Source: an uncultured Chlamydiae bacterium (lineage in GTDB: Bacteria > Chlamydiota > Chlamydiia > Chlamydiales > JAJFMB01). From it: a DNA stretch of 64,000 bases. Positions 1 to 10,292 of the stretch are shown piece after piece. The translations under genes and the position numbers were made by a program. How positions within the stretch are numbered: the stretch's first letter is position 1; every line of letters starts with the position of its first letter. The notes under the pieces are model-generated. The model was given only the letters and a program-made list of their open reading frames with translations, searched no databases and had not been told where the DNA came from. The stretch is taken from NCBI GenBank assembly GCA_963696295.1, contig CAVOJR010000001.1:1184001-1248000 (forward strand). Reading direction: 5' to 3'.

Positions 1-3000
1 TCAATTCCCCTTTAACCTTTGCCAACTCAGCTTCTAGCTTTTCCTTGTTCACAAACAATTCTTCTGACTTTGGAATTAATGTTGTTAATCTATGTATGCG
101 ATCGATATAAGCGGATATATTGTCATCTTTAAGATTGTTAATTTCCTCTTCATATTTGTCGCCGAGTGTGGTTTGCAGTATTTCGACTCTTCTTTCTGCG
201 GTTAATGGTGGAGGGGAAAAGAGGACTAGCTTTTCATTCAGTTCATATTTGGTATCTAAAACAGTAATAACGGGTTTATTATTTACCATCTCAATTTTGT
301 AAGTTAAAGAACACTCCATGGACTCGTTCATGAAATCTCGGTATACAGCCGCACCACTGCTATCTCTCTTTGCCAAATCTAAACTACCCTTTACAGTAAC
401 GATGGCATCCTTAATAGTGTCATCTGCATTGTAAGATATGATTATTTGAGGCGGCGGTTGTGAATCTGAAAATCTAGCCGCAAGACATTCGTTATTACCT
501 AGATCCACATCTACGCCTTCTTGATTTAACAAAGTCAATTGCAGTCCGAATACTGGTCCTAGACTAAACTGAGTCCCAGCCATTTGGATGGCAGGCACCC
601 AAGAGGCATTTAGTGGGTTTCTTTTGGTAGTAGCGTTTTCAATTGCCTCTTTTCCTTGCTCAATTTTTCCGCTAGCCGTATCAGCATTTGGAATAGGTTC
701 ATTTTTATTAATTTGTAGTTTGAAGTTTCGTTTGAGGTCGATTTCTAATTGGTGTATTACCCCGTTTTCTTGGATTTGAGTTATGTTATCAAAGTATCCT
801 TGAAGACCGCTTCCATCTTCACTTTTACCCTGAACATCCTTCTTCCAATCATTGGAATTTAATTTAGGAACTAAGTTGTCATTAATTCCTTTTTTCATAT
901 CGGTGAATCTGGTAGCATTCGGGAGATCAGGATTATATTTACCCTGATTTTCTTGAATATCTGCGACATAAGCCCTCAATTCCTCTTGAACTTTTTGCAA
1001 TTCAGTAGCTGCTGTTGGATCCCCCTTTAATTTATTTATTTTATCAATATATTGTTTGATAACAGGGTTTGAGACAAGTTGTTTTGCTAAAGTCGCAGTA
1101 CAACCAGTTGCGGACTTCAATAGTTGTTCGTTGGGCGATATTCCAGCTTTTGCAGTCACTGGTTTGATTGGAACAGGTGCTCTATGGCGAAACGTAGTAG
1201 CTCTAATTCTTTTGGCAAACTCAGACTCGCTTACACGAAGCATCCTCCTTTCAATTTCGCAAAAAAACTTATAAAGATTCTTTTCGTTTTTCTTTTTAGG
1301 TTTATCTGAATATGCGATTTTTGCGTTAAAAGCAACGGCTTTATCTTTATCTAATTGCTGACTCACATCGGTTAATTTCTTGTATTTACTTTCGTTGCTT
1401 CCCGGAGCATGCAAAATTTTATTGATTATTCTAGTCTGAATTTGGTCAACTTTTTCACCTGTTGCTGCCTTTAACTGACTGATGTAATAATCAGTATTTA
1501 AGAGTTCTGATTCATCCAAATGAGTGTAAAGATCTGGGGATAGATCTTTGATCAAAGGCATAGAGCTCGCAAATTTCTTTACATCACCTTCTTTCAACTC
1601 TTGAAGCAAATATGTAAGAAAACTTTCGACCTCTTTTAGTCTAGCATCCTTTGTTTCAGGTCGACCATTTTCAACATAAAAGGCACAAAATAGCGCTGTT
1701 CTTCTAAAATACTCTTCATTTTTAACTAGGGGAATCTTTGAAGCCCATTTGTTGTTATCGGTTATAGCTTGAAATTTATCAGCTTCATTCGACATCTCAT
1801 ATAATTCACTAATCCTTATCGAATCAGGGCAGCTACTTTTGATTGATTCATTGGCCATGAATAGAACATTTCGATATTCCAATTCTGTAATTGGCTTCTT
1901 GCCTTCCTTGGTTCTTTTTTCATTAAATTCTTTAAAAGCAGCATTTTTGCGGGCAACGATGGTCTCATCTTGCTTTGGTTTTTTGAAAATATCTTCCAGT
2001 TGATCTTTAACCGAAATGAATACTTCGATCTTGTCCTGAATTAACAAAAACTGTGCATTAGCAACTTCCTTTTCAATAAGGTGTTGAGAATCATTATCAG
2101 AATGGTGATGGATCTGCGTTATTAATTTTAAGGCGTTTTCAGGAGAAGCACATAAAGCTCCTTGAACTAAAGACTTTATAATGGCCTTTTTCTCTTCAGT
2201 GTCAGCTTTTTTCAAAGCTTTCACAGTTTCCTCAACTACTGTATCTGGATTGTTGTTAATTTTTTCGCCTAATTCCAAAGCAGCAGAGGCTGGTTTTAAT
2301 ACTTTTTCCCCAAATGTTTTTTCTGATTCCCGGTTTTCTAAGGCATATTGTTTAATTCTTTCTGAGACATGTCTAGAAAGATCATTTTTATCTGCCTCTG
2401 AAAGATTTTCTTGCGGGAACATTTTTTCTAAGTGAGACATCACGGCTTTATGGGTATTTTCAAATGTGGGATTTCCCATAGATTTTTGAATTGCGGAATA
2501 GATCATATCGTTTAAGATATTACTATTTAGAACATATTGTAGAGAGTAGGAAATCATTTCTGGAGGGAGATTTTCGTCATAATTTGATTTTAGCCTATCA
2601 ACGACTGATTTATCCCAATCACTTGAACCCTTAATTATCGTAGGTAAAAATGCATCTACTTTATCAACACAATCAATTTTTAAGTCTAACTGTTTATAGA
2701 GAGTTGTACCTTTACTATAACTCACCTCATTCTGCAGCTGGGTGCGCAGTTCCTTTTGTGTTTTTGTATCTGCTTTTCGATAAACATCAGTGAAATTATT
2801 TATAGCAACAGACTCATCAGGAAAATTCTTTAAAGATTGCACGAGAGCTTGGCAAGCAAAAGCATCTCGACCCTTCCTTAAATGATTTTTAGGACTCAAA
2901 AGATTTGTTTCCGAAGGAACTTTATCCAGATATTTAGAAACTTCATCGTTGATCAATTCATCGAGGTCTTCAATCAATTTATCTAATTCTGGACAATTGT

Positions 3001-3101
3001 CCATGTCCACTTTAAATTTATCAATTAAGTCTTTTTTAATATCATTTATCAACTCTTTATAATCATCAAGAAGAGTGGTAGTCAATCTTATGTTTTTATT
3101 G

Positions 3102-4134
3102 GACTGTGTTGCAAAACTAAAAAATTAATTCTCATTTAACCACATGTTACTTAAAAGAGCTTTTAGCCATAACTCAACTTTTTGTGCCCTCAACACTCTA
3201 GAAAACACGCTTGAGCCAAAAAGACGCTTCATCCGAGAGAAAGCGCTTTCAACTTTGACTCTGTGACAGTATCCAGTCAGCTTACCCCATAAACTTCTAG
3301 CGACTTTATCATTGCCGAATAGCTCGATCATTCGTAAGGCATCATTGCGTTCATTAAAACAATCCTGTCTTCTTATTTGTGCATTAATAGGAGGGGGGAC
3401 AATTGCTATAATTCCCTTACTGTAAGCTTTTTGTCTAAAGCGTTGACCATCATAAGCACCATCAGCCAGCACTTGCCCTGAGGAAGGAATTTGCTCTAAG
3501 AATTTCAGCCCTATATTAACGTCTGGCTCCGTTGGTGGTGTCAATACGAGATCTACAATTTCATTTGTTTTAGAGTCGATCAACAGATGAACCTTCACCC
3601 AACTTCGGTGATAAGATTGTCCATGAATCTTTGTTTTCCATTCACCTTCTCCAGCAACTTTGAACCCTGATGAATCGACTATAAATTTTTTAGGGCGTCT
3701 TCGTGAGAGTCTAGGAAGTATATTATTTAAGCGTTGAATACCCCTACAAATGGTTGAGTATGAAGGGACAGGAATGCCATGATGAGAAAACAATCCTAAG
3801 GCCATTCCTTGACAGCGCCTATAAGTTAGTCCATAAGAAATTTTGAGCAAAATCAATAGGATTATCATCTGATTTGAATATGGAGGTCTTCCAGTCTGAC
3901 AGTGACTTTTACGGGATTTTTTGATTAATTTTATGATGCTAGGATGACAAAAAAATGATAGACTTCCCCTTTGAACTAGATTTGCGTTATACTTAGGCCA
4001 ATTTCTTTGACACATCGTGTCACTCCTTTCTTGTGATTTGGTAGTTATGGGAAAGGAGTTTTTTATTTTCAGAGATTTACATGCAAGTTAAAAATTGACT
4101 TAGAAAAGAGAATTTTGAGTTTTGCAACACAGTC
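3102..4134 (-). mobile_element. Complete IS5-family insertion sequence (IS903-like), 1033 bp
   Basis: Perfect 17-bp terminal inverted repeats GACTGTGTTGCAAAACT (3102-3118) and AGTTTTGCAACACAGTC (4118-4134); 9-bp direct repeat TTTTTATTG at 3093-3101 and 4135-4143; single transposase ORF inside. Confidence 0.95.
3125..4015 (-). CDS. IS5-family DDE transposase (IS903 group)
   Basis: NWPKYNANLVQRGSL N-terminus, VDSSGFKVAGEGEWK, ADGAYD, GYCHRVKVESAFSRMKRLFG motifs. Confidence 0.93.
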   Translation of the reverse strand: MCQRNWPKYNANLVQRGSLSFFCHPSIIKLIKKSRKSHCQTGRPPYSNQMIILLILLKISYGLTYRRCQGMALGLFSHHGIPVPSYSTICRGIQRLNNILPRLSRRRPKKFIVDSSGFKVAGEGEWKTKIHGQSYHRSWVKVHLLIDSKTNEIVDLVLTPPTEPDVNIGLKFLEQIPSSGQVLADGAYDGQRFRQKAYSKGIIAIVPPPINAQIRRQDCFNERNDALRMIELFGNDKVARSLWGKLTGYCHRVKVESAFSRMKRLFGSSVFSRVLRAQKVELWLKALLSNMWLNEN

Positions 4135-4995
4135 TTTTTATTGCTCTCTTGTTGACATTTAATATAAGTTTCAACATATTGCGGTATTCTTTCTTTAATC
4201 TGTATTTTAATCCAAGGTTTCATCATTTGTGTTTGACCTAACACTTTTCCAGTTTCAAATTTTTCCAAGGCCTTGTTACGGGAAAGGACAGAACCGATAT
4301 AGGAAAATAACGAAAATAAAGACCCGATATATTGCACAACCTTGTTAAGAGTGGAAAAAAAGGTGGGTTCTGCTTTTTTTTGAGGTATTTTTGCGGCACA
4401 TCTGGAAAACTCAAGCTGAGCTTTTGAGGAATCTGTATTTTGAGATGTGACATTTGCTGAAACGCTTGTAGAAGTTGTTGTTGTACTCGAACTCAAACTG
4501 CTCGGAACGCTTACTGAGCTTACTAAAGGGCTAGGTGGTGAGGTCACAATATAATCACCGCCCCCGCCCTCGCTTTTCATTATCCCATTCAAACTTGAAG
4601 TGTTTGTTGTGGTTAAGTTAGTTGTCGTAGAAACTCTTAAATTTGCTCCATTTGCTCCTTCCATAATAATCACCTTTACTAATTGTCTTATTAACTATTA
4701 TTATACAATTTTATAAAAAAATTGTATGTAGTTTGTTTTCTTCAAACTTTAACAAATATTAATTTAAGTTTATTGCTGGTTTGTTTGGCAAGAAAGGTGT
4801 TGCGATTGCTATTTTGATGCTATTTATGGCAGCCCGAGTTTTTTTTGGATGGGATCGAATTTAAAGGATCTTAACAATAAAAGGTACATTTTGGATGACC
4901 GATTTGCCAGCTTCGCAAAGTTACATTGGGGCTAGTATTGACTCCCATTTGCGATCTTCGACGGGGCTTTCACACCAAAAAAAGTATTAATGTGA

Positions 4996-5595
4996 TCAAA
5001 GATTCCTGAGAGCCTCTGTAATCAGAGCGCCGACATCGCTGTTTTCCGGAAGTGATTCCATGGACTTTTTCAAGGCCTTTTGGGCGTTATTTTGATGATA
5101 GCCCAAATTGATCAAAGCCTGCATAGCGTCTTTGACATTTTGCGCGGGAGTATCCAAAATGACCGCGTAGTCCGCAAAGCCGCTTGGAAAGAAGTTCGCG
5201 AGCTTATCGCGCATCTCCACAATCAGACGCTCGGCCGTTTTTTTTCCGATGCCGGGCACTTTGCAGATGGCGGCAATGTCGCCATTCGCCACCGCCCGCT
5301 GCATCTGCTCTAAAGACAAATGCCCGATCAAATTCAGGGATACTTTCGGTCCGACCCCGGTGATGCCGAGAAGGGCTTCAAAGAGCTCTTTCTCCTGCGA
5401 GGTGAGAAAGCCGTATAATGATTGAGACAGCTCCCTGACAATAAAGGAGGTGTGGAGCAAAATCTCTTTGCCTGTCTGAGGAAGCTTTGCAAAGACATGG
5501 GCGGGAATATGAATATGAAAGCCGATATGACCCGCTTCAATGACGACGCTGCCGGGAGATGCCGTGATCAGTTTTCCTTTGATAAACGCATACAT
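4996..5595 (-). CDS. ruvA: Holliday junction branch migration protein RuvA
   Basis: MYAFIKGKL start, LYGF, GVGPK and VPGIGKKTAERL HhH motifs, ALINLGY C-terminal domain; directly downstream of ruvC. Confidence 0.96.
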   Translation of the reverse strand: MYAFIKGKLITASPGSVVIEAGHIGFHIHIPAHVFAKLPQTGKEILLHTSFIVRELSQSLYGFLTSQEKELFEALLGITGVGPKVSLNLIGHLSLEQMQRAVANGDIAAICKVPGIGKKTAERLIVEMRDKLANFFPSGFADYAVILDTPAQNVKDAMQALINLGYHQNNAQKALKKSMESLPENSDVGALITEALRNL

Positions 5596-5596
5596 A

Positions 5597-6094
5597 TTAG
5601 ATTTCCTCTCCATAATTATACTGGTATTTGCTGGATTGCGCGTGGCAAACGGCCAGCGCCAGGGCGTCCGCGGCGTCTTCCGGAGGCGGGCTCATCAAAT
5701 TGAGCAATCGCTGCATCATCCCCTGCACCTGATGTTTGCTGGCCCGCCCGTTTCCGACCACGGCGAGCTTGGCTCGTGTCGGCGCATATTCGAAGACTTG
5801 CAGGCTCTTCTGCTTGGCGGCAATGATCGCAATGCCCCGCGCCATGCCGAGTTTGATGGCGGACGAGGGATTTTTATGCACAAATTGGGTTTCCACCACA
5901 AATATTTGGGGTTGATGCTGTTCGATCAGACTGGCCACCCCTTCATAAATGATCAGGTAGCGGTCGGTTAATTTCAGCTTTGCCGGCGGCCGTATCACGC
6001 CGTAATCGAGCGTTTGCAACCTGCCGTCAGAGATGCGGATTAACCCATAGCCCGTTTTGACGGTGCCGGGATCGATGCCTAAAATGACGCTCAT
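5597..6094 (-). CDS. ruvC: Crossover junction endodeoxyribonuclease RuvC
   Basis: ILGIDPG..TGYG, GNGRASKHQV, DAADALALAVCH. Confidence 0.97.
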   Translation of the reverse strand: MSVILGIDPGTVKTGYGLIRISDGRLQTLDYGVIRPPAKLKLTDRYLIIYEGVASLIEQHQPQIFVVETQFVHKNPSSAIKLGMARGIAIIAAKQKSLQVFEYAPTRAKLAVVGNGRASKHQVQGMMQRLLNLMSPPPEDAADALALAVCHAQSSKYQYNYGEEI

Positions 6095-6885
6095 TCGAAA
6101 AGGCTCTCTTTAAAAAGAGGGGCGGGTTTGTTCAGGGCAAAGAGATCTTCCTGGAAAGAACTTTTGGGAGTTTCCTGATCCCGGTCTAAATTGTGGATCA
6201 ATCCTTGCAGCTTGTGATATTTCGCCTCAATCGCTTTAAAGTAGGTGATTTTGCTTTCCGCTTCCTCGCTTAGTTTTTGCCATTTTGCGGCCCGCTCTTT
6301 TAACTCATTTTTTTCTTTCTGATTGCGCCGGTCGCTTTCTTCCAGCTCGGAGATCTTTTGCAGATATTTCTCATTGAGCTCTGCCAGATCATTCGCTTCT
6401 TTCATTTTTTTGGCTAAATGTTTCTGCGCCGCTTTCAACTCGAACTCATTTTCCGGATTTCCCCTGTTTTGCAGCCGCAAAAGCTCCTTCGTTTTTTGCA
6501 GTTCAACCTCTTTAGCCTGGGCGATTTCCAAAAACTTCGCCAACTCATTTTGCTTTTCTTTCAGTTGCGTTTGCAAGAGAAGGGCTTTCCTTTTTTCCTC
6601 TTCGGGGCGGGAGCCTTCCTGCTGAAGATTCTTGATCTCGCGGGCAGACTCTTCCGCTCTTTCGCGCAAGTGCTTCACCACCCGTTCATTGGTTTTGTTT
6701 AGGTGGGTCAATTCCTGAATTTGCTTCTCTTTCTCAAGATTTTGGCGGCTGAGATCTTCCGCTTGCTTCTGGGCGCCTTTTACGATTTTTTTTAATTCAA
6801 TAATTTGATTTTGAAGCGCCGCATTTTCTATTTTCGCTTCATTTAGCAAGGATTTATCTTGGGTAAAAAAATTAGCCATGTCCAT
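6091..6885 (-). CDS. Coiled-coil hypothetical protein
   Basis: 264-aa E/K/Q/L-rich ORF whose stop overlaps the ruvC start (ATGA). Confidence 0.75.
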   Translation of the reverse strand: MDMANFFTQDKSLLNEAKIENAALQNQIIELKKIVKGAQKQAEDLSRQNLEKEKQIQELTHLNKTNERVVKHLRERAEESAREIKNLQQEGSRPEEEKRKALLLQTQLKEKQNELAKFLEIAQAKEVELQKTKELLRLQNRGNPENEFELKAAQKHLAKKMKEANDLAELNEKYLQKISELEESDRRNQKEKNELKERAAKWQKLSEEAESKITYFKAIEAKYHKLQGLIHNLDRDQETPKSSFQEDLFALNKPAPLFKESLFE

Positions 6886-6961
6886 TTGACCGCATCATAG
6901 CGCAATCGGGAATTTTCCAGTATAGAAGAAATCCATCCGTTCTGCTATACTGAAAAGCATT

Positions 6962-7999
6962 ATGAATTGGCCAAAATCGACTCCTAAAAAAATTGTTGTC
7001 CGCATGCCGAACTGGCTGGGCGATCTGGTCATGGGAACCCCTGTGCTGAAAGATCTGCGGGTCCGCTTTCCCGACGCCGAGATCACCGCCATGTGCCAGG
7101 GGGGCGCCGGAGCCTTGCTGGAGCATGACCCCCATATCAACGAAGTCTTGAGCTTCCGCCGGCCCAATGGATGGATCCACCATACCCACCCCTATGCGAT
7201 CATTCAGTCTTTGAAACAAAGAGAATTCGACTTGGGCATTTTGCTGACAAACTCTTTCTCCTCAGCCTGGTGGTTTTTCTTAGGTGGCGTCGGCAACCGC
7301 CTCGGCTACCGGACGAATATGCGCGGCTTTCTCCTCAATAAGGCCGTTCCGTTCCCGGAAACCAAAGAGACCCAGCACTTAGTCCTCACCTATAAAATGC
7401 TTTTAGCCCCTCTCGGGATACCTCTTTCAGACACACCGCCTAAGCTTTACGTCTCCTCTGAAGAGCTGGCCCATGCCAAGAATATGCTCAGCCGGCTGCA
7501 TGTCGATCTCGAGAAAGATATTTTGATCGGCATCAATCCTGGCGCGGCCTACGGCTCGGCAAAATGCTGGCTGCCGGAGCGGTTCGAGGAATTGACTGTG
7601 AAACTGCTCGAAAACCCCAAAATCAGAATCGTTTATTTCGGCGACCCGGCCGGCGCGCCCCTGGTGGATCAGATCTGCCTCAATAAACCGGACCGGGTGA
7701 TCAATTTAGCCGGAAAAACCAGTTTAAGGGAATTGGTCGCTTTAATCAAATGCTGCTCCATCTTTTTGACCAACGACAGCGGCCCCATGCATATCGCTGA
7801 CGCTCTCGGCATCCCCTTAGTGGCCCTTTTTGGTTCGACGAGCGATGTCAAAACCGGCCCCTATTCTAAAGGCACTGTGATCCATAAGCATGTGGAATGC
7901 TCCCCCTGCTATCAACGGGTTTGCCCGATCGACTTTAAGTGCATGAAGCGGATCGAAGTTCAGGAAGTGTACCAGGAATTGCAAAAATTGATGAAATGA
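6962..7999 (+). CDS. waaF: Lipopolysaccharide heptosyltransferase II (GT9)
   Basis: PNWLGDLVM, INPGAAYGSAKCW, NLAGKTSL, TNDSGPMHIA, ALFGST. Confidence 0.9.
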   Translation: MNWPKSTPKKIVVRMPNWLGDLVMGTPVLKDLRVRFPDAEITAMCQGGAGALLEHDPHINEVLSFRRPNGWIHHTHPYAIIQSLKQREFDLGILLTNSFSSAWWFFLGGVGNRLGYRTNMRGFLLNKAVPFPETKETQHLVLTYKMLLAPLGIPLSDTPPKLYVSSEELAHAKNMLSRLHVDLEKDILIGINPGAAYGSAKCWLPERFEELTVKLLENPKIRIVYFGDPAGAPLVDQICLNKPDRVINLAGKTSLRELVALIKCCSIFLTNDSGPMHIADALGIPLVALFGSTSDVKTGPYSKGTVIHKHVECSPCYQRVCPIDFKCMKRIEVQEVYQELQKLMK

Positions 8000-9300
8000 A
8001 CTACCAAAGCGCCCTCGCAAAACTCCAACCGGTCCACCAGGAACACCTTCTCAAATTTTGGGATTCTCTCTCTCCCGCAGAGCAAAAGCTTCTCCTAGCA
8101 GACATCGATCAGCTCAACATCGAAACCTTTCTGGCCCAGCAAGCCGTCATAAGCCGCCCGGTCCCGATCGATACCGATAAAATAGAACCCTGCCGAGAAT
8201 ATGCCCACAGCGGAAATAAAGAGGATTATCTCTTAGGCAAACAGCTGATCGCAAAGGGAAAAGCCGGCTGCCTGATCGTCGCCGGCGGACAAGGCACCCG
8301 TTTGCGCTTCGACGGACCGAAGGGGATGTTTCCCATCACGCCCGTCATGCGGAAAAGCCTGTTCCAGCTGTTCGCCGAGAAAACCCTCTCCGCGAGCAAA
8401 CAGTCAAATCATCCTCTGCCGCTCGCTATCATGACCTCTCCGCTCAATGACGCAGTGATAAAAGAGTTTTTCACCAAAAACAACTATTTCGGCCTACTTG
8501 CAAGCCAGCTTTTTTTCTTCACTCAAAAGCTGCTCCCCTTTTTAGATTCCGAAGGGAATATGTTCCTCGACTCTCCCTGCTCCATCTCAAAAGGGCCTGA
8601 TGGAAACGGCTATTCTTTGCGCTACTTCCATGAAAGCGGCATTTGGCAGCAGTGGCAAAATCTCGGCATCGAACAAGTCAATTATCTCCAAATCGATAAT
8701 CCCTTGGCAGACCCCTTTGACGCAGAGCTGCTCGGCTTTCACCATCGCACCAAAGCCGACGCCACGATCAAATGCGTCCAACGCCTTGATGCTAATGAGA
8801 AGGTGGGCGTGCTGGTTAAAAAGGGAGATAGAATTGCCGTGGTGGAATACTCTGAGCTTCCGTTCAAAGAAGTTTCACAATATCCCTTAGCCAACATCAG
8901 CCTCTTTTGCTTCTCCATGGATTTTATCAAAACCGCCGGCCCGCTCCCTTTCCACGCCAGTTTCAAGGCGGCTAAAACCCTTGATGGGACTCCTGCGGAA
9001 CCCAACGCCTGGAAAATGGAGACGTTTATTTTCGACAACTTATCCAACAAGGTAAATGCTCTTCTTTACCCGCGGGAAGAGTGTTTTTCCCCCTTGAAGG
9101 ATGCTGAAGGGGTTAAAAGGGTGCAACAAGCCCTGCAGGCCTCCGATATCGAGGTGGTAAAAAAAGTTTCCGGTTTCCCCCCTCCCAAACAGCCCTTCGA
9201 ACTGTCGCAAGATTTTTACTACCCGACGCCCTTCCTTCTCAGCGTTTGGCAGGACCGGCCCTTTCCGGATAAAAGCTACATAACTGAAGGTTCTACATGA
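7996..9300 (+). CDS. UDP-N-acetylhexosamine/UTP-sugar-1-phosphate pyrophosphorylase (UDPGP/UAP family)
   Basis: AGGQGTRL..GPKG, PDGNG, QIDNPL, EKVGV, VEYSE, KMETFIFD, FSPLK; ATG at 7996 overlaps waaF stop. Confidence 0.9.
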   Translation: MNYQSALAKLQPVHQEHLLKFWDSLSPAEQKLLLADIDQLNIETFLAQQAVISRPVPIDTDKIEPCREYAHSGNKEDYLLGKQLIAKGKAGCLIVAGGQGTRLRFDGPKGMFPITPVMRKSLFQLFAEKTLSASKQSNHPLPLAIMTSPLNDAVIKEFFTKNNYFGLLASQLFFFTQKLLPFLDSEGNMFLDSPCSISKGPDGNGYSLRYFHESGIWQQWQNLGIEQVNYLQIDNPLADPFDAELLGFHHRTKADATIKCVQRLDANEKVGVLVKKGDRIAVVEYSELPFKEVSQYPLANISLFCFSMDFIKTAGPLPFHASFKAAKTLDGTPAEPNAWKMETFIFDNLSNKVNALLYPREECFSPLKDAEGVKRVQQALQASDIEVVKKVSGFPPPKQPFELSQDFYYPTPFLLSVWQDRPFPDKSYITEGST

Positions 9301-10292
9301 AAATCGGATTTCTCGGCACAGGCTCCTGGGGATTTTGTTTAGCTTCTCTATTGGCCTCTAAAGGGTATCAGGTCGTCTCCTGGACCACGAATCCCGCCCT
9401 TGCCAACCAATTGAATGAACATCGCGAACATCCTCAATTTCCGGGCCACAGACCCGAAGGGGAGATGCTGTTTACGACCAACATGCAGGAGGCGCTGAAC
9501 CGGGCGGATCTGATTGTGGAATCGGTGACCTCAGCCGGGATGCGGCCGGTATTCAGTCAGGTGAAAGCTTTTTATAAGAAATGCCCCATTGTGATCACCT
9601 CCAAAGGGATCGAGCAGAACTCCGGTCTGATACTGCCTGAAGTGGTGATCGAAGCGCTCGGCGAAAACACCCGCCGGTGGATCGGCGTGCTCAGCGGCCC
9701 AAGCTATGCCCAAGAGGTCATCCACCATCTTCCCACTTCGGTCGTCGGCTCCGCCTACGACTACGACATCATGATGACGATCTGCCAAACCTTCACCACC
9801 CAAAGCTTCCGCGTCTATCCCAATCAGGATATTCAAGGGGTGGCCTATGGAGGCGCTCTCAAGAACATCATCGCCATCGCCTGCGGCATCTCGGATGGTT
9901 TGAATTTGGGCAACAGCTCGAAAGCCGCCCTCATCACAAGAGGCCTGCACGAGATCAGGAAATTAGCTGTCGCGAGGGGCTGCCGCGCCGACACGCTCAA
10001 CGGCCTCTCAGGCATGGGAGACCTCTGCCTGACCTGCAGTTCGACGATGAGCCGCAACTTCCGCTTCGGCTACCTCATCGCGCAAGGATTAAACAGCGAA
10101 CAGGCGAAGGAGAGGATCGGCATGGTGGTCGAAGGGGCCTACACCTGCATCTCGGCCCTGCAATTGAGCGAGCAGCTCAACATTCCAATGCCGATCACCG
10201 AAGCGGTGCATCAAATTGTGTATCAAAATATGAAGCCGCTCGAAGCGGTGCGCATTCTGATGAAACGGGATATCAAGGAAGAGCATCTATGA
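9297..10292 (+). CDS. gpsA: NAD(P)H-dependent glycerol-3-phosphate dehydrogenase
   Basis: GTGSWG, SKGIE, LSGPSYA, GGALKNIIAIACG, GLSGMGDLCLTCSS.MSRN. Confidence 0.96.
   Translation: MKIGFLGTGSWGFCLASLLASKGYQVVSWTTNPALANQLNEHREHPQFPGHRPEGEMLFTTNMQEALNRADLIVESVTSAGMRPVFSQVKAFYKKCPIVITSKGIEQNSGLILPEVVIEALGENTRRWIGVLSGPSYAQEVIHHLPTSVVGSAYDYDIMMTICQTFTTQSFRVYPNQDIQGVAYGGALKNIIAIACGISDGLNLGNSSKAALITRGLHEIRKLAVARGCRADTLNGLSGMGDLCLTCSSTMSRNFRFGYLIAQGLNSEQAKERIGMVVEGAYTCISALQLSEQLNIPMPITEAVHQIVYQNMKPLEAVRILMKRDIKEEHL

Larger units (their letters stand above)
1..4664 (-). pseudogene. Large effector-like gene (>1200 codons, runs off the window edge) interrupted by an IS insertion
   Basis: 5' part 4664..4135 (MEGANGANLRVSTTTNLTTTNTSS..., Ser/Thr-rich) joins in frame to 3092..1 when the IS and one TSD copy are removed (...CQQESNK|NIRLTTTLLDDYKELIND...KEKLEAELAKVKGEL). 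I found no stop codon when translating 3092..1 by hand. AT-rich. Confidence 0.85.

Noticed and set aside
120..2435. Short + strand ORFs
   Set aside because: Antisense shadows of the long minus-strand frame.
4077..4673. 198-aa ORF as an independent gene
   Set aside because: Its last 21 codons are IS sequence; it is the 5' part of the interrupted large gene.
4703..4727. Inverted repeat ATACAATTTT-N5-AAAATTGTAT over a TATAAT upstream of the effector-like gene
   Set aside because: It could be an operator, but such matches arise easily by chance in very AT-rich sequence.
9677..10288. N-terminal 204-aa Arg/His-rich extension of the 699-aa ORF (apparent fusion)
   Set aside because: It is an alternative frame inside gpsA; nnr starts at ATG 10289, coupled to the gpsA stop.
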